From the NCBI GenBank assembly GCA_012295275.1, contig CM022674.1, positions 186,001 to 250,000 on the forward strand: a stretch of 64,000 nucleotides of DNA, written 5' to 3'. The notes under the pieces are model-generated. The model did no database searches. It had not been told where the DNA came from and saw only the letters and a list, made by a program, of their open reading frames with translations. Both the position numbers and the translations under genes were made by a program. Positions 1 to 43,966 of this stretch are shown here, piece after piece. The first letter of the stretch is position 1. Each line of letters starts with the position of its first letter. The stretch comes from Chrysomallon squamiferum (Eukaryota > Animalia > Mollusca).

Positions 1-189
1 GTGTAAGAAAATGACAAGATAAAATAAAATGTATACAGACAGCTTAGATTTGCTTCTGATGCACGTGTGTATGTATGTGTGTATGTATATATTTCTGTAT
101 ATATATATATATATATATAGGTATATGTGTGAATATGTGTGCGTGTGTGTTTATGTTTATATATATTTAAAAAGGCATGTAGCACATCA

Positions 190-234
<45 letters not shown>

Positions 235-556
235 ATATAAGTATGTATGTGTGTCTATATATATTTATAAAAGTATATAGTATATATTATTTTTTATATA
301 TATGTATGTATGTAATATGTGTATGTGTGTATATATATATCTATATTTATCTAAATATGCATATATGTATAAATTGTATATGTGTTTGCCTTTCTGTATG
401 TATTCATTGTGCATTTGTATGCCAACAACTGGTATATTAATATATCGAGATATAACTTGGCAGTTATCTGAAATTTTGTTCCTTACATCATTATTTGAAA
501 ATATGTGTAAAACCAATTTTATACTATTAAACAGACACTGTGAACACAAATAATTT

Positions 557-835
557 GAAAATTAAAAATAGATTATGTATATAAGAATAATATGATTATT
601 AAAAATAGATTATATATATAAGAATAATATGAAAATTAAAAATAGATACAGCTGTATATCAGCTATGTGAAAATTAAAAATAGATACAACTGTATATCAG
701 CTATGTGAAAATTAAAAATAGATTAAGAGTATATAAATAACATGAAAATTAAAAATAGATGCAAGTGTCTATGAACAATGAGAAAATTAAATATAGATAA
801 AGAAGACATGAATAATTTGAAAGTTAAAAATAAAT
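557..835. repeat. Degenerate ~35-40 bp tandem repeat (core GAAAATTAAAAATAGAT)
   Basis: Core motif recurs about 7 times at roughly regular spacing. Confidence 0.6.
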
Positions 836-1550
836 GCAAGGGTGTACAAATATTTTTCATTTTAAATTAAATATGTAAAGTTTTAATTTAAATAAACTGG
901 CAGGTTTGTGTAGGGAGGGAGTGGGGTGAAGCTGATATTGACTCACATTTGTTCTTGTTGTGTTGAAATATTAACACAACCTGTCATCAGTGTGTTGTCA
1001 GTGAGGGCAGTGCCTGCACAAGTGACAGGGGGAGGTGTGTGTGTTTGGGGAGGTGGATGATTTCAGAGACAGATGATAACCATTTCAAAAAAGCTCTGAA
1101 CTTCTTTTGTTGGGAATATGAATGCATTTCTTTCTCATTTTGTCTTTTGTTTTCTCTTTCTTTTGCTTTCTTTTTCTTTCTTTTTCTTTCACTTTCTCTT
1201 TATTTCATTCTCTATTTCATTCATTTTTTGTCTGTCTCTTGTTCTCTGTCAGTATTTCCATCTTTCACTTCCTTCCCTTCCTCCATCTTTCTTTTTTCTC
1301 TATTTACATTAGACTTTTAATTTTTGTTTTTCTTGCCTGTTAAAATCAACCAATCCACATTTCTTGTTGTCTTACCCTGTGACAGAGACAACACAGCACT
1401 GTTTAGTATTTTATATGCAACACACCACAGTGGGGGGTAACAGTGGGGAAACTTCGTATTTGGTTAAGGCACGTCCATTGAGTTTTGAGACTGTTAGCTG
1501 TTGAGCCTCTGTCTAATTTCTTTTTCCTACAGTCGTAAGATGATCAGACA

Positions 1551-2030
1551 GTGGAGAAATTTATTTTGTTATTGTCATTACTTTTAAGATATTCAAACAC
1601 TGGAGAAACTTGTTATTGTCATTACTTTTAAGATATTCAAGCTCTGGAGAAATTTATTTTGTTATTATCATTACTTTTAAGATATTCAAACACTGGAGAA
1701 ACTTATTTTGTTATTGTCATTACTTTTAAAGATATTCAAACTCTGGAGAAATTTATTTTGTTATTGTCATTACTTTTAAGATATTCAAACTCTGGAGAAA
1801 TTTATTTTGTTATTATCATTACTTTTAAGATATTCAAGCTCTGGAGAAATTTATTTTGTTATTGTCATTACTTTTAAGATATTCAAACTCTGGAGAAATT
1901 TATTTTGTTATTGTCATTACTTTTAAGATATTCAAGCACTGGAGAAATTTATTTTGTTATTATCATTACTTTTAAGATATTCAAGCTCTGGAGAAATTTA
2001 TTTTGTTATTGACCTTACTCGTAAGATCTG
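1551..2030. repeat. Minisatellite, ~49-bp unit CTGGAGAAATTTATTTTGTTATTGTCATTACTTTTAAGATATTCAAACT, about 9-10 copies
   Basis: Near-identical tandem units are directly visible; they explain ORF 1659..1877. Confidence 0.9.
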
Positions 2031-3200
2031 TGTTCCGGTTGTGGAGAGAAATATATTTCTGTAGTCTCTGATTCTCCTTGCTGAAATTACTGGTACAGTG
2101 TGATTATCAGGTTTCAGTCAGCGGCTAACAGTTGAAGAGAGATGTCTGGATGTTTGTACTACGATTGGTAGAAATTGATTGATTTTTGTGAGAAGAATTT
2201 CTGCATGGAATATATCGTCTTCAAGACATGTTTGTGTCAGAAAATCTAGCAACATATTTTGTTAAAGAAGTGTAGATTTATTTGAGAACATTTCTTACAT
2301 TTTGTTCAACAGATGTAGATTTTTTGGGAGGAATTTCTTCATGGAATATTTTGTCTTCAAGACATTGGTTTGTGAAAATTTTATAACATTTTATTTAGTA
2401 AAATTGTATATTTTAAGTGAGGAATTTCCATAGTATATCCAAGAAATGTAGATTCTGGATTGAATTTGGTGAGGAATGTATTGTCTTCAAGATGTCATGT
2501 GAGATAAATCATATTGCATTTTAATTAAAATTTATTCTACAAATGAAGATTCAGGTTTGACCATTTTCTATGAGGAATATATATTCTTCAAGACTTCATA
2601 TGAGAAAAATCTAATTACAACATAAATAATTTTTTTTGAAGAATTTCTATGTATAATATATTGTCTTCAACTTTCAAGACATTTTTATGTGAGAAAAAAT
2701 CTAGTAGTTTAATTTGATGAACAAAAGCAGATTTCTTTTTTGAAAAAGAATTAATGTTTAGAAACCATTTCATGTAAGAAAAACTATGTTACCTATTTTT
2801 AAAATACCAGTTTTGGTAGAAATATCTACATAACATTTTATTTGTTTATTATTATTATTATTATTATTATTTTTTATTATATATGAATAGAAACAAATTA
2901 TTTATATGTCAGTTGTATATCTTAATTCAGTTTGCATTGCTATTTTTTTTTTTATTTACATATAAAACTGACATTTCTAACCATTTGGGTTTATCTATAA
3001 AAGATTATGGTGGAAATGCATGGATCTGAATTCATGTGTATTTATAGCACATTAGTACAGTACATGTATGCTATTCCATGTTTGTAATACCTGTATTATA
3101 TTCATACAACAATAACATCAACAACAACAACAACAACAATTATAATTTAAAAAACCCCATATAACTAGATCAAAATAAATATATATAAATTAAATGCATT

Positions 3201-3231
<31 letters not shown>

Positions 3232-4261
3232 AGAAAAAAAACAAAGAATAATAAATAAATAAATAAATAAATAAACTTTGAAAAATAAACGAATCACTAA
3301 GAGGTAGGTGCATCTGTTTCAAAGTACTTAGATCATAAGCTCTTGGGAGATAAACATTTTAATCTTCTGTATATATAAAAACACACTGCATCTGAAAATA
3401 AACTGTAGTTTGAAATATACCATACCTACAGTTGTACGTCTGTACAGTACACGCTTTGTGTGGTTCGTGTTTATCTTATCTGTTGCCTTCATGCAGTTAT
3501 TTGAAGCATTTTACTTTCTATCAGGATTGGAATATATGAATATACACAGGAAAAAAAATTTTTCCTATAAACAATAGTTTCTTGTGTTTTTAATGGATTT
3601 TGAATATACAACTGAACATTTGAATTTGAAATGAGATATTAATGCAGAAATTTCTATGTTCTTTCTGCTTAAGACAATATTACAGATTAACAATGGAGTT
3701 TTTTTTACATATATACATTTAATTTGTAACTGAACCTGAATGTACAGTTTGGAGATTATATTTTACCAGTTTTATTTCCAAGAAACAAGTAAAAAGGAAG
3801 CAGAGAAAGTTTGCATATATTATAGAACTTTAAATTGAAACTTCATTAAATAAAACAGAGTGGGTTATTCTGTAATTTTCATTGTGGAAGATAAAAAGGG
3901 CAGAGCTTTCAAACTATTTTGGAGATTATAGTGTAAATTTCAAATATGATATATCTTTGAAAAAACAAAGAAGGAGAAAAAGAAAGATTTTGCTATTTGT
4001 ACAAATTTGATGACTTCATTTGTCTTTAAATAAGTATAATTCAATATTGTTGGAAAATATATAAAAATCAGAACACTGTTGATCATAAATTCAAGAATTT
4101 TTCATAAGTTGATAATAATAATAATAATAATAATAAAATAAATTCAATTAAAACATCTACAAATAGAAATATCTGAAATGGACATCTAAAAAACTGAATA
4201 AAACTGTTCATTCAGCTGTGAAATTACCAAATTTTGAAAATTGCATGTGAATTCTAAAACA

Positions 4262-4470
4262 ATGAAACTGAAGCAGAGACTGAAAAAGAAAATGAAAACT
4301 TTGGTGAACGAAAAGAAAGATAAAAAGGATGAAATAACGAGACCGGATTCGACTGATCCTATTTACACATCGGTAGTTTCTGCCAGTGGATTGTTTCCGC
4401 ATCTGAAATTAGAAAGTGATGGACGAATTAACATCGGAGGTTTGTTGTTAACCATTGGAAACACACAGAG
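4262..4470 (+). CDS. Candidate upstream alternative coding exon of the ACK/TNK2 gene (basic N-terminal extension)
   Basis: ATG 4262 opens a non-repetitive frame (MKLKQRLKKKMKTLVNEKKDKK...GNTQ). It ends at donor AG|GTGAGA (4470/4471) in phase 2 and joins acceptor 8286 in frame (R-PAHADV-MSSEEDG). Confidence 0.5.
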
Positions 4471-4740
4471 GTGAGATAGCAGAACAAAATAATTACAAAT
4501 GGTTTTTTGGTTTAAAGTTTACTGAACCTTAACGTTCTTTGCATGTTTGAATGGTGAGCTGTCTGTTTGTTATGCACACTATGTAATAATATATATATAT
4601 ATATACACATTAATAGACAAATTGACTTCTGAGCTACATTTTTATTATGCACTATATAATATATAGAGTTATCATCATTGACAACTATATAAATATGTTA
4701 TTTGTAATTATGTGTATGTATTTGTGTGTGTATATGTGTA

Positions 4741-4955
4741 GACACATTCACATAAACACACACACAGACACACACACAGCCACATTCACATAAACACACA
4801 CACAGACACACACATAGACACATTCACATAAACACACAGACACACATAGACACATTCACATAAACACACACACACACAGACACACACACATAGACACATT
4901 CACATAAACACACACAAAGACACACACATAGACACATTCACATAAACACACACAC
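4741..4955. repeat. CA-rich compound minisatellite (CACATTCACATAAACACACAC...)
   Basis: About 6 copies of CACATTCACATAAACAC separated by CA/GA runs. Confidence 0.8.
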
Positions 4956-5800
4956 TTTGTCTCATGCTCTTCTTACCCTCCTTCCTTTTCTGTCTCTAAG
5001 ATATGAACTACATTACAGTATAAAAACTAAATTTTTAAACATATAATATATAGATAATAGTAATTTATTAAAACCTTTCACAGCTGTTGTAAAGCTATAA
5101 AGTCTTGCACACCCACAGGTGCAGAAATATAACCCAACTCATTCTCGAAGAATTTTATTCTGACATTAAATCAGATATCATTATTTTATATATATAACTA
5201 AATTGTTACAGCCCTTATTGTTCACTAACTCACTGGACCATTTTATATAACCCATTTGTAATAAATTAAAGGGAATTATGTGTTGTAGGGTATCAGATAT
5301 TTATTATTTTGCTAGTGAGTTTGAGGGTAGCATTGAGAAATGAAAAACTATCTGATGTTTGTTATTGGATGTTTGTTGTTTAGAAACAGAAAGAGAGTTT
5401 AAGGTATGAGGGAATGATGAAAAAAGAAAAAGAGGGAAGGAAGGAGAAAGAAAGATAAACTATACAGTGAAAGACAGAGTGATAGGGTGATGGAGGGAAG
5501 AAAAAGAGAGAGAGAGACACAGAGAGACAGAAAAAACGAAAGTGATAGAGAAAGAAAAGAGAAAGAAATAGAGATAAAGAGAGCTAGATAGAGAGACAGA
5601 GGGAGATAGAAAGACTAAGACTGAGATAGAGAGAGAGATAGAAATAGAGAAAGACGACATATGTTGTTTGTACCTTGTTATGACAGCTTTATTATTAATC
5701 CTACTTACAGAGATAAAGAGAAAAAACAGCTTTTGTAAAGAGAAATGATTCACCCACTTGTTTAGTATAAGATTTATTACCTTGAGATAATGAGAGTGTA

Positions 5801-5842
<42 letters not shown>

Positions 5843-5903
5843 CAGTTTCTTTATATCTTTTTTTTTCTTTTTTTTTTTGCTTGATAACATTCTTGTAATA
5901 ATC

Positions 5904-5959
<56 letters not shown>

Positions 5960-7111
5960 TAATAATAATAATTGTAAATACTGATTTTAATAATAAATAA
6001 ATAAACCATTGATGTTTTTGTTTTTTCAACATTTATATAGTCATATCAAATAGGAATCAATTCTTACATTCACTGAACACAAAATGACACTGAAGTGTCA
6101 ATCTTTAATAACTGAGACATCAATAAATTACAACACCAGTGTCCAGGCAATCCATCAAATGTTGACCAATGTTGACCAGTGGTCATTAACTTAATAAGTA
6201 CTGAGTAAGAGATAACTCAGAATGGACACTAATTGAAACACTTCAACAATTTTTGCACAAGGAATTTGACAGAAATAGCTTTTTTGATAAACAAGAGTTA
6301 AAATCTGTCTGTGGCCTTGTAAAAGATGTGCACTAACTTTTAATGAGGATGCTAACTGAGAATAATAAAATATTTAACACTAAAGACTTGAAACAGCCCA
6401 AACATGTTTAACTAAAACTTTAACAATTTTACAGCCTTTACAAACATTTTACATTTTATTTTATTTTATTTTATTTTATTTTTTAATTTATTTCATTTTA
6501 TTTTATTTTATTTCATTTCATTTTATTATTTTTTTATGTGTTTGTTTGTTTAATCACACCCAGCACAAAATAAAATTGGCTGTTTGGTGTCATTCAAAGG
6601 TTTAACTAGAGCAATTAATGACTAAAGGAGCAATCATACTTAGTAATTTGTTGTACCATTCATGCTATAAAATCTTATGATTACTTGTTATCCCTATTTG
6701 TCTCTCTCTGTCTCTCTCTGTCAGTGTCTCGCTGTCTCTCTTTCTCCTGACTTCTCTCTCTGTCTCTCTTTCTCCTGACCTCTCTCTCTGTGTCTCTCTT
6801 TCTGTCTCTCTTTCTGTCTCCTGACCTCTCTCTTTATTTCTCTCTCTTTCTCTCTTTTTCCTAACCTCTCTTTCTGTCTCTGTCTCTTTCTTTCTGTGTC
6901 TTTTCTCTGTCTCTGTCTCTCTCTGTCTCTCTTCTCTGTCTCTCTCTTTATCTATCTCAATCACTTTGTGTCTCAGTGTTGCTCTAATGTGCTTAGTTCT
7001 CCGTGTCTACTGACATTAAAATTATTAAGATATCTAGAAACTGGGATCAAATCCCATTTCTGGACAACTGTTGTAATTTCTCTGCAATTAATCTTCTAGC
7101 ATTGTCTTAAC

Positions 7112-7281
7112 CATTGGTTTCTTAACCTTTTATATTTCACTGCTAAAATAATTTCAAATAATTTTTGAGGCTAAAGAATAAAGTTCATGGCATGATAGAA
7201 GTAAAATGAATTGTGTAGTACATGTATAGCTTTGCCCTGTTTTCTCAATGTGTCGCAGATTGGCCATGTTGAGAATATGGG
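7112..7281. mobile_element. Possible decayed hAT/Charlie-type MITE
   Basis: Left end CATTGGTTTCTTAACCTTTT and right end ...ATGTTGAGAATATGG resemble degenerate CAGTGGTTCTCAACCT...AGGTTGAGAACCACTG termini. Confidence 0.3.
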
Positions 7282-8099
7282 TTGAAGCTGTATTATTCAG
7301 GCTGTTGTTAACAGATGTGAGCATATTTCAGATATAAAACTCGTATTGAAGATTGTTTACAATGAAATGTTCTGTTTAATTCTCCAAATCAATCTGATAT
7401 TTGTGAAAGTTAACATAAATCTTTGTTATTCTCTGTTTCTATATATCTCTCTCTGTCCTTATTTTTCTGTTTATTTATTTATTTTTATATTATTATTTTT
7501 ATTATTTTTATATTTACCAATTTATTATTATTATTATAATTATATTTTTTAAATATTTTTTATATAATATCCATACAGTAAGCAGGCATTATTAATAAAT
7601 AAGAGTAACATCCAATGTCTAAATCATTTAATTTCATTTAAAATAAAAGTCAAATTGAAACTACTCTTTTTATCACATGATATATGATCATGATCTAATA
7701 CCCAATGATGATTAATTAAACTTTACACAGAAACAGTTAATTATAAATATATTCTTAATGTCTTTTTTTCTTTCTTTACAACACAAAACTGACAAAATGT
7801 CGCGACTCAGTATTGTTCACATCAGAGAAAAAATAAGTTGTTTAATATTTTTTCTTTCATTGCTCTTTGTACACATGAAGGAGTAATGAGTAATGGGATT
7901 AGGCGTGTTAAAAATAAATGATTATTTGTGAATTTATAATTGTTGAAGCTTAGGTTTATAACTAAGATGATTGAAAATGTTGTCTGCATGTGTTAAGAAA
8001 TATTGACTGTTGAGAATTTTGTTTATGAACAGTGGAATGAAAAAATATAAGAGGTTTATGTTTTATTATTTATTTTTTAAAATTAATTTTCATTATTTA

Positions 8100-8138
<39 letters not shown>

Positions 8139-8304
8139 TATGTTTTAATCCAAGTATTTGTCATTTCATTTATCTATTGCACCTTCCATCTTATCTATTC
8201 ATATGTGCATCATTTGAATTACTGATGTTGTTGTAGCTGTGTTGTGGCTGTGTTGTTGTTGTTGTAGCTGTGTTGTGTTTTTCAGGCCTGCTCACGCTGA
8301 CGTC

Positions 8305-22056
<13,752 letters not shown>

Positions 22057-22858
22057 ATTTTTTTTTAGGGATTGTTTAGTGTGAATACAGTTAATTTTTT
22101 AGGGATTGTTTAGTGTGAATCCAATGTGTGAATTTTGAGGGATGGTTTAGTGTGAATGGATTGTGCAATCATTTTTTAACTTTTTTTTATTTTTTTTTTT
22201 TTTTATTGATGTTTTAGTCTGAATTTTGATTGATGCAAGGTGTGATTTTGAGGGATTTGTTAGTGTGAATAAAATAAAATGTGTGATTTTTGAATAGTGT
22301 TTTGTGAGAACCAACTGGTTTTTGATTGATTTTTGTTTGTTGTTGTTGTTGATGCTTCTGTTCTTTCTTTCTTAATTTCTTTCTCTTTTCTTTGTTACTC
22401 TGTATATTTGTTTAAAATGTATGTGTATGTTGAAATGGATGTGTGTGTGCATCTGTGTGTGTTTGTGTTTGTGTGTGTGTGTGTGTGTGTCATCCCTAGT
22501 TAAGCTTGTATAGTGTATTGATACATGATGTATGTATCTGTGTAGATATATTATTAAACACTATCTTTATCATAGTATAGATTGGTGTTTATTCATGTGG
22601 CAGAATGTTACACTAGTTTTGTACAAGTGCACATACATACGTAGAAACATCTTTTTATTATGTTATGCTATGTGTTGTATTTTAAAATCTGTCTTTCTCA
22701 GTCACAGCAATTAGAAAAAGTACCTCTCCAGGCTGTCAGAGTACCAGTGATACAATGATACAAACCACATTTTGTTTTTGTTAACATTGTTAACTGCAAT
22801 AATCATGTCTAATATTTATATATGTGTAGATCACGTTGTAATTAGTTGTATAGGTTTA

Positions 22859-22922
<64 letters not shown>

Positions 22923-23458
22923 TGGTGTGTGTGTGTGTGTGTGTGTGGTGTATATTTATATGTATAGAAGTGTATGACTGGGTTCGTATTTACTTTAATG
23001 TAATTTTTAGGCCATCTTTGTTGAAGAATTTTCACCCAGCCATATTGAATGATGCAGCCAGTAATTCAAGATGCCCTTAAAGTTGGACTGATTCTAAATT
23101 ATTTTTCTTTTCATTCTTGTTTGTATATTTAACTATGTATATATTTACATGACATCTAAATTGTTTAGTTAAAATGATGAAACATTTTCACTTTGTGATT
23201 GCTCTCTGTATAGATAAACACTGTATACTGCAATGTATTTGATTAGCTAGTACCTCATATAAACACTTTTAAGTGGTGATATTATGTGATTGATTCTGTT
23301 ATGATATTAGGGATATGCAAGTGGTTATGAAGGACAAAAGCTTTTTTTTTTAAATATGCAGTGATTTGTTATGGGACAAGGAGTGAAATTCATCAAAGTG
23401 CTGTACTGTTTTATTATAACTTTTAGTTTAACTTTTAATTACTTTTCTATTATTATTA

Positions 23459-23520
<62 letters not shown>

Positions 23521-23698
23521 TAGTCATTACAAAATAAGGTGCTTAAAAATTCTAGATAATGTTTTTTTTTCTATTTATTTATTTATAATTGTTATTACTA
23601 TTTATTATTTTTATTTTATTTTTATTTTTATTGTAGCCAGAGTATTAATTAGTAATTAACTGCATTAGATTATCTTATTATCAAAACTTAGATACCTG

Positions 23699-23736
<38 letters not shown>

Positions 23737-24717
23737 TTTTTTTTATTTATTTAGTTTTTTAGTTATTGAGAGATAACGACTTTTAATGTAGAACATCATT
23801 TCTTAAACTATTTCAGTGTCATTAACCCTTGAGTCCTTATCACAAAATTTATTTCCTTACATTTTTTGCAATCTTTATTTCTAATTTCATTCACATGCTT
23901 GAGAAGCAGTTTATATAATGTTCATCCATAACATTTAAAAAAATTTATGTTTATATTTTTTATTATATTTTATTATTTCTTATATATATAAAACTGCTGA
24001 GAAATTAACATCATTTACACTGATCTTTCAAGAAACTAAACTAAATAAATAAATAAAAAGACCAAAAACAAAGTATTAATAATAAAAATAAAAGTGAGAT
24101 CAGTTGAAAACAATAAATGTAATATGTCTTTGTAGTAAAGTAATTTCTTTTCTTTTTTTTAAATTTAAAAAAAATTAAATCAATAAATCAATAAAATTAA
24201 CACCAATTGAATAACAAAAGGTATATCCACAAACATGTCAAAAGAAGAAAAAAAAAAAAGAAGAAAAAAGGCTACTTTTTATGTTTCTTGTCACAGTGTG
24301 ACATAAAACTATAAAAACTAAAACATTTATTAGCAATTAACATATCATGTACATGTAAAACATTTAACGTTAGCCATATCATGGTGTTAACACTATTAGT
24401 GATCAGTGCCAGATTAAAAATGGGTTTTAGAGCTTTCAGCACAGGAACCTCCACAGATTAAATGAAAATATTCACTTTTCCTCTTGTAAATATTACTAGG
24501 GACCTTAGAGAACCTATAGCCCATCAGAAGACAAAATCACAATTTGGTATTTATTTTATTAGTTACACTGTGTAATCGAAAATAAATTTATTTATATTTC
24601 TGTGTGTGCGATGTATGTAGACTTTATGGTTTTCATTGTTATATGAAAATATTTGATATTTGTATTTAATTCTTCTTGTACTAGTTCAAGTAATGACAGA
24701 ATTAAAACTAAACTGGT

Positions 24718-24797
<80 letters not shown>

Positions 24798-27700
24798 TAT
24801 ATATATATTAGTGCATGTTTTTGTTTTACTTCTGTTTGGTATAAATAATTGTTAAAATTTATAATTATTATCATTGAAAAATTGATTTGTATGAAACATT
24901 ATAATGAAAATAATGCTTCCTTATTATTATTAATAATACTGTCATTATTAGTATTATTATTTTTAGTCTTGGCCATTATCAAATGCTACACATTTTTACA
25001 ATGTAACAAAGTAATAAAAATGAATAAAAAGTAAATAAGTATTCATTTAAATACATTATTAGTAACAACAGGTATTTAAATACATTTGCTCCCTGAATAA
25101 GAACTGTACTGGGCAGTTATTAAAAACTTGTGTCAAAAATTGTTGCCATTTATCATTTTTTTCTCTTTTACTGCTAAATGCAAATTTTGTTGTTAGCTTG
25201 TTTACTGTTTCAAGTTAAAGAAATTCCATTTTATATATTTTTTATTTTTTCAAAAATGTTTGTTTTCCATAACAGTGGGAGTTTCTGTAATTTGTATATA
25301 TTTATGATTAAGATTAATTCACAAAGAGTTAAATTTGTTGTTTGATGTTGGAAATGATGTTTTTCTCAAACAAAACTAATTATGTCTTTAGAAGCCTTAG
25401 AAAATTATTATTATTATTATTATTATTTGTAGCAGTGTAGTATTAGTAGTATGATTATTACTTCAGTATTCCTGCTACTGCTGTTACCATTATTATTATT
25501 ACTATTATTATTATTATTATTCCTACTACTACTAATATTATTAATATTATTATTATTGTTACAATTATTACTACTTTTAACCATGTTGTAAAAACATTTT
25601 GTTGTTGTTTTTCTTACCAGTATGCAATTTATTTTTAAAAAATGCACAATATTACATCCCTAACATAAAACACAGATCTGTTATATACAAAACAAATAAC
25701 ACTGTACATACTGCCTGTATTTGATGTTTATTTGTTAAAACTTATTCTATTGGCCACTGTTAATATTTGTCTTGACAAGTTGTGTCAGTGTTGTTTGTTA
25801 TTAAGTGAAACTGTCTTGTAACATAATTCATTACTGCTTATCATATTAAAACATTTATCTAATTATAATGTTCTTGTTTTTTTTTGTTTTATTTTAGCCT
25901 ACTTGTCTATTTCGTGACTTCTTTTTTCAAATACCACAAGTAATTTTTTTTTTTTCGGTATTTTAAAAATTCATGTTTAAATTTCAGATTTTTCGTTCTG
26001 TTTGACTTCTAAGCAGCATTTAATGAGGACTTTGTGTTCCTATGACAGTCATTCCAAAATATTGTCTGTGTGCAGTCTTATCAGAGGTACTTAGGGCAAC
26101 ATGCTATGTCTCAGTTTTATACCAAACCAGTGCTGTCCTAAGCTGTAGGAAAGATGATTATTTAAAGTAATTTACTGCAGTTAGGGAAATCTTACCTTCC
26201 ACTGTAGAAGTGTAATTTGTTGACTTTTTTTATTTAATTCAAAAATGGTTTACAGTCCAGATGGTAAAAAAAAACCCCAACAAAGATGAATTCTTGTTTT
26301 ATAAACATGTATTTCATAGATATTAAATATAATATTGGAGATAATATTAAATTTATCCTAGATAATGAAATAGGTTAAAGACAAAATTATGTTCACACTT
26401 TTGATGTACATGCAACTGAAAATAAAACAACCAAACATGAAATAGCTGAGATCTTAAATAGTTTTGTTTCAGTCAGTGGTTAAAAAAATACATAATAAAT
26501 GTTTGTAAATGACTCTGTATGTAAGTTATAACTAAAATAAGAAAAATAATTTAAAAAAATATAAATAATAGGAAAATGTTATTTAAAAAATAATAGTTTC
26601 CTAATACAACCTACCCATACCATTTAAAAAAACAACTTTGGTGTTCTATATAATTTAAACAATAAATAAATACATAAATAAATAAATAATGAAAACTTGA
26701 AGAAAAGAAATTAGCTTTAATCATTAAAAATAATAAAAAATATAAAAAATAATCATGACTACATAGGAAGTTTTTTCTGCTGTATTATCAAATTAACTAC
26801 TGTCATTTAATTACTGATGCACATGTGTGGTGACATCAACTAAAATATTCGAAAGGAATGATGTCACTTTACATGTGCCAAGAATTTCTTAAAACCTGAA
26901 TACGTTATTATTTCATAAAAATATTGAAACATGGATGTAATTGAAACAAAAATAATAATAATCAGATATATTATGTTGCTGCTGCTGATGATGATAATAA
27001 TAATAATAATAATAATAATAGATATATAATAATAAATAAATAAATAGTTTGGAGTAAAATAGTTTAGACTAGCTCTTTCTAATCCCTATACCTGGTGAAA
27101 TCCTCAAAAAAAAAAACCATGCATAAATCTAACATTAATTAATTAATTAATTAATTTATTCCAATTGAAACAATTTGATTTAAACCAAATGTGAGCCAGC
27201 ACTTTATGATTCCAATATTCCACATAAAACCCTTGAAAACTTCAGTTTCAGTTATCTCAGAAATATTGTCCTGTAGATTTGACTATGCTGGTTTTAAGCA
27301 TTGGGTTTTATTATTATTATTATTACTTCATGGTTAGAATATAGGATATAGTGTTGTATGTTACTGTTATTATTATTTTATTTTATCTGTTGTTTCTACA
27401 AAGAAAAGATACAGTCATTTTGATTAAATGATTTCATTACTGTTTGTATTATAATGATCAACATGGTTATTATTAAATATCTTTATTTTATCTTTTTTGT
27501 TTTTAAACCAATATGCAAACAAAATATATCTGAATGTGAAAGCAAGAAGAATATTTTTTATTTGTATTAACATTTGTAAACTAATATAACTTATTCTCTA
27601 CCTCTTTTTGGAAAATATTCTAAAATAATTCAAAATTTGTGGGTAGTCATGTGGTGACAAACAAAAGTGATGAACAAAAATATTTTACTGGTTTAAATTA

Positions 27701-28881
27701 AAGATGAACAGGAATATTTTAATATTTCACCTTTCTTACAAAACTGTTTTAGACTTTTATCTTAATATATTATGCTGTCCTAAGAAATGATTTTAATTTA
27801 ATTTATTTCTTATTTTAATCATTGATGGACAGCTATAATTAAATTCATTCAAATCCCCTTTTTCCTTGTGTAATCAATCAGGTTTTAAACCTTTATCTTT
27901 GGAATAATTGTAGAATACACTGTTAGCAGTTCTGTTAAATTATTTTGTTTGGTTTTGATTAACAAATAAAATAAAAAAGGGAAAGCTTTCCTAATATACC
28001 GTTAATATCTATGAAGCAATATATAAATGAAAAGTAACTTAAATAATGTAATTCTACATAAAATAAATCAATAATAACAATATAAAGCAGAAACTATTAA
28101 AAAGTAAATATTTAAGATATATTTCATTCAAAGGTATTGAAACTAAAATTAATCAAACTACAAACAATAAAAAACAAAAAACAACAAAAAAACAACAAAA
28201 AATGTATAATAATAATACAACACAAACTTATAATAAATATAATAATAATAATAATAAACTGAAATTCAAATGGTTCACCTCATAAAAATAAAACATTCAG
28301 CTTATTAATTCAAGAAATCAAAACATATAAACAAATATTTAATTATTTATTGATTTCTGTCGGGCAACAAAACATATAAAAATTTTAAAAAGAGATAACT
28401 CCCTTTCCTAAAAATATATATTCAGTTCAACCTTAAACTATAACAACTTTTCAAAACCATAAATTATTATTATTATTGTTTTTAAATCAATGATATGCAA
28501 AAATTCTTGAGACAACAGATTTTGTAACTATACATTTCCTATGAAGTGCTGAATATTTGTATAACTATCAGGAAAATAAAAAATAAATCAGATGTACAAC
28601 ATCATTTACATTTGTACTAATTATTATTTCCTATGCCTCTAATTTAAATCTGGTAAAACACTTTATTTTGGCAAGAAGTTTCTTCAGTAGTTTGTCCTAT
28701 TATCAATACAAGTTCTAAATATCTCTCTGATGACCTGCTATCCTTTGCAAGCCATTTTTGTTTATATTTATAATTGTTTGACAGTTTTAAAATTAAGCTA
28801 GGCAAAAATAATTTACTTAGGTGAAAAAAACCAACAACATTTTGTACAATATTAAGGCTAATAATTAAAAAAGAAGCTATG

Positions 28882-28933
<52 letters not shown>

Positions 28934-29558
28934 CAACAAAAATAAAATTTTAAATATCTAAGATAAAATGGCAATCACTTTTATTAATAATTATTTCATT
29001 GAACAGATATTGGAATTTAAATACTTGTAAGCAACATTTCATTAGAGTATATATTAAATAATATATGTAACCTTTTTAAGGTAAATTAAATTTTGTTTAA
29101 GAAAATAAAGTATCTGAGTCTTGTAGGTAAGTTATGAAAAAGAGTAAAACATAAAAACATTTATATAAAGATAAAACAAAAACTGAAAAATAATAATAAC
29201 AAAATGTAAAAACTTTATATATAAAAAAAGGTGAGAAATAGATTTATCTTAATCCAAATTATTGTTCTCTCTTTACATGAACACACACCAATAAAAATGA
29301 AACCACCACAGAACAAAAAAGGTCTTCTCCTCAGTCAAAATGTTTTAAATTCATTTTAAAATGAACACAGCACAAACAAACCTCTTGAGTTGTTTTGCAG
29401 GAGGCAACAAAACATCATGTATTGCCACACATCCCCCCTACAAATCCATTCCTTCTGAACATTTTTGACAGGTGCATTATTGAATTAACCCTTCTACAGC
29501 TAACTACAGCAGCTACTCATGAATTTGCATCATCTTGTCAGCATCTCACGTTTTGTCA

Positions 29559-43966
<14,408 letters not shown>

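Noticed and set aside
29-1343. Short ORFs rich in Y/I/V/C or F/L/S
   Set aside because: Translations of (TA)n, (TG)n and pyrimidine-rich low-complexity DNA; no domain or splice support.
1551-2030. Regularly spaced repeats resembling a CRISPR array (also 13460-14271, 14761-15010, 59410-59768)
   Set aside because: Units are contiguous with no unique spacers, no cas genes are present, and the context is eukaryotic. These are minisatellites.
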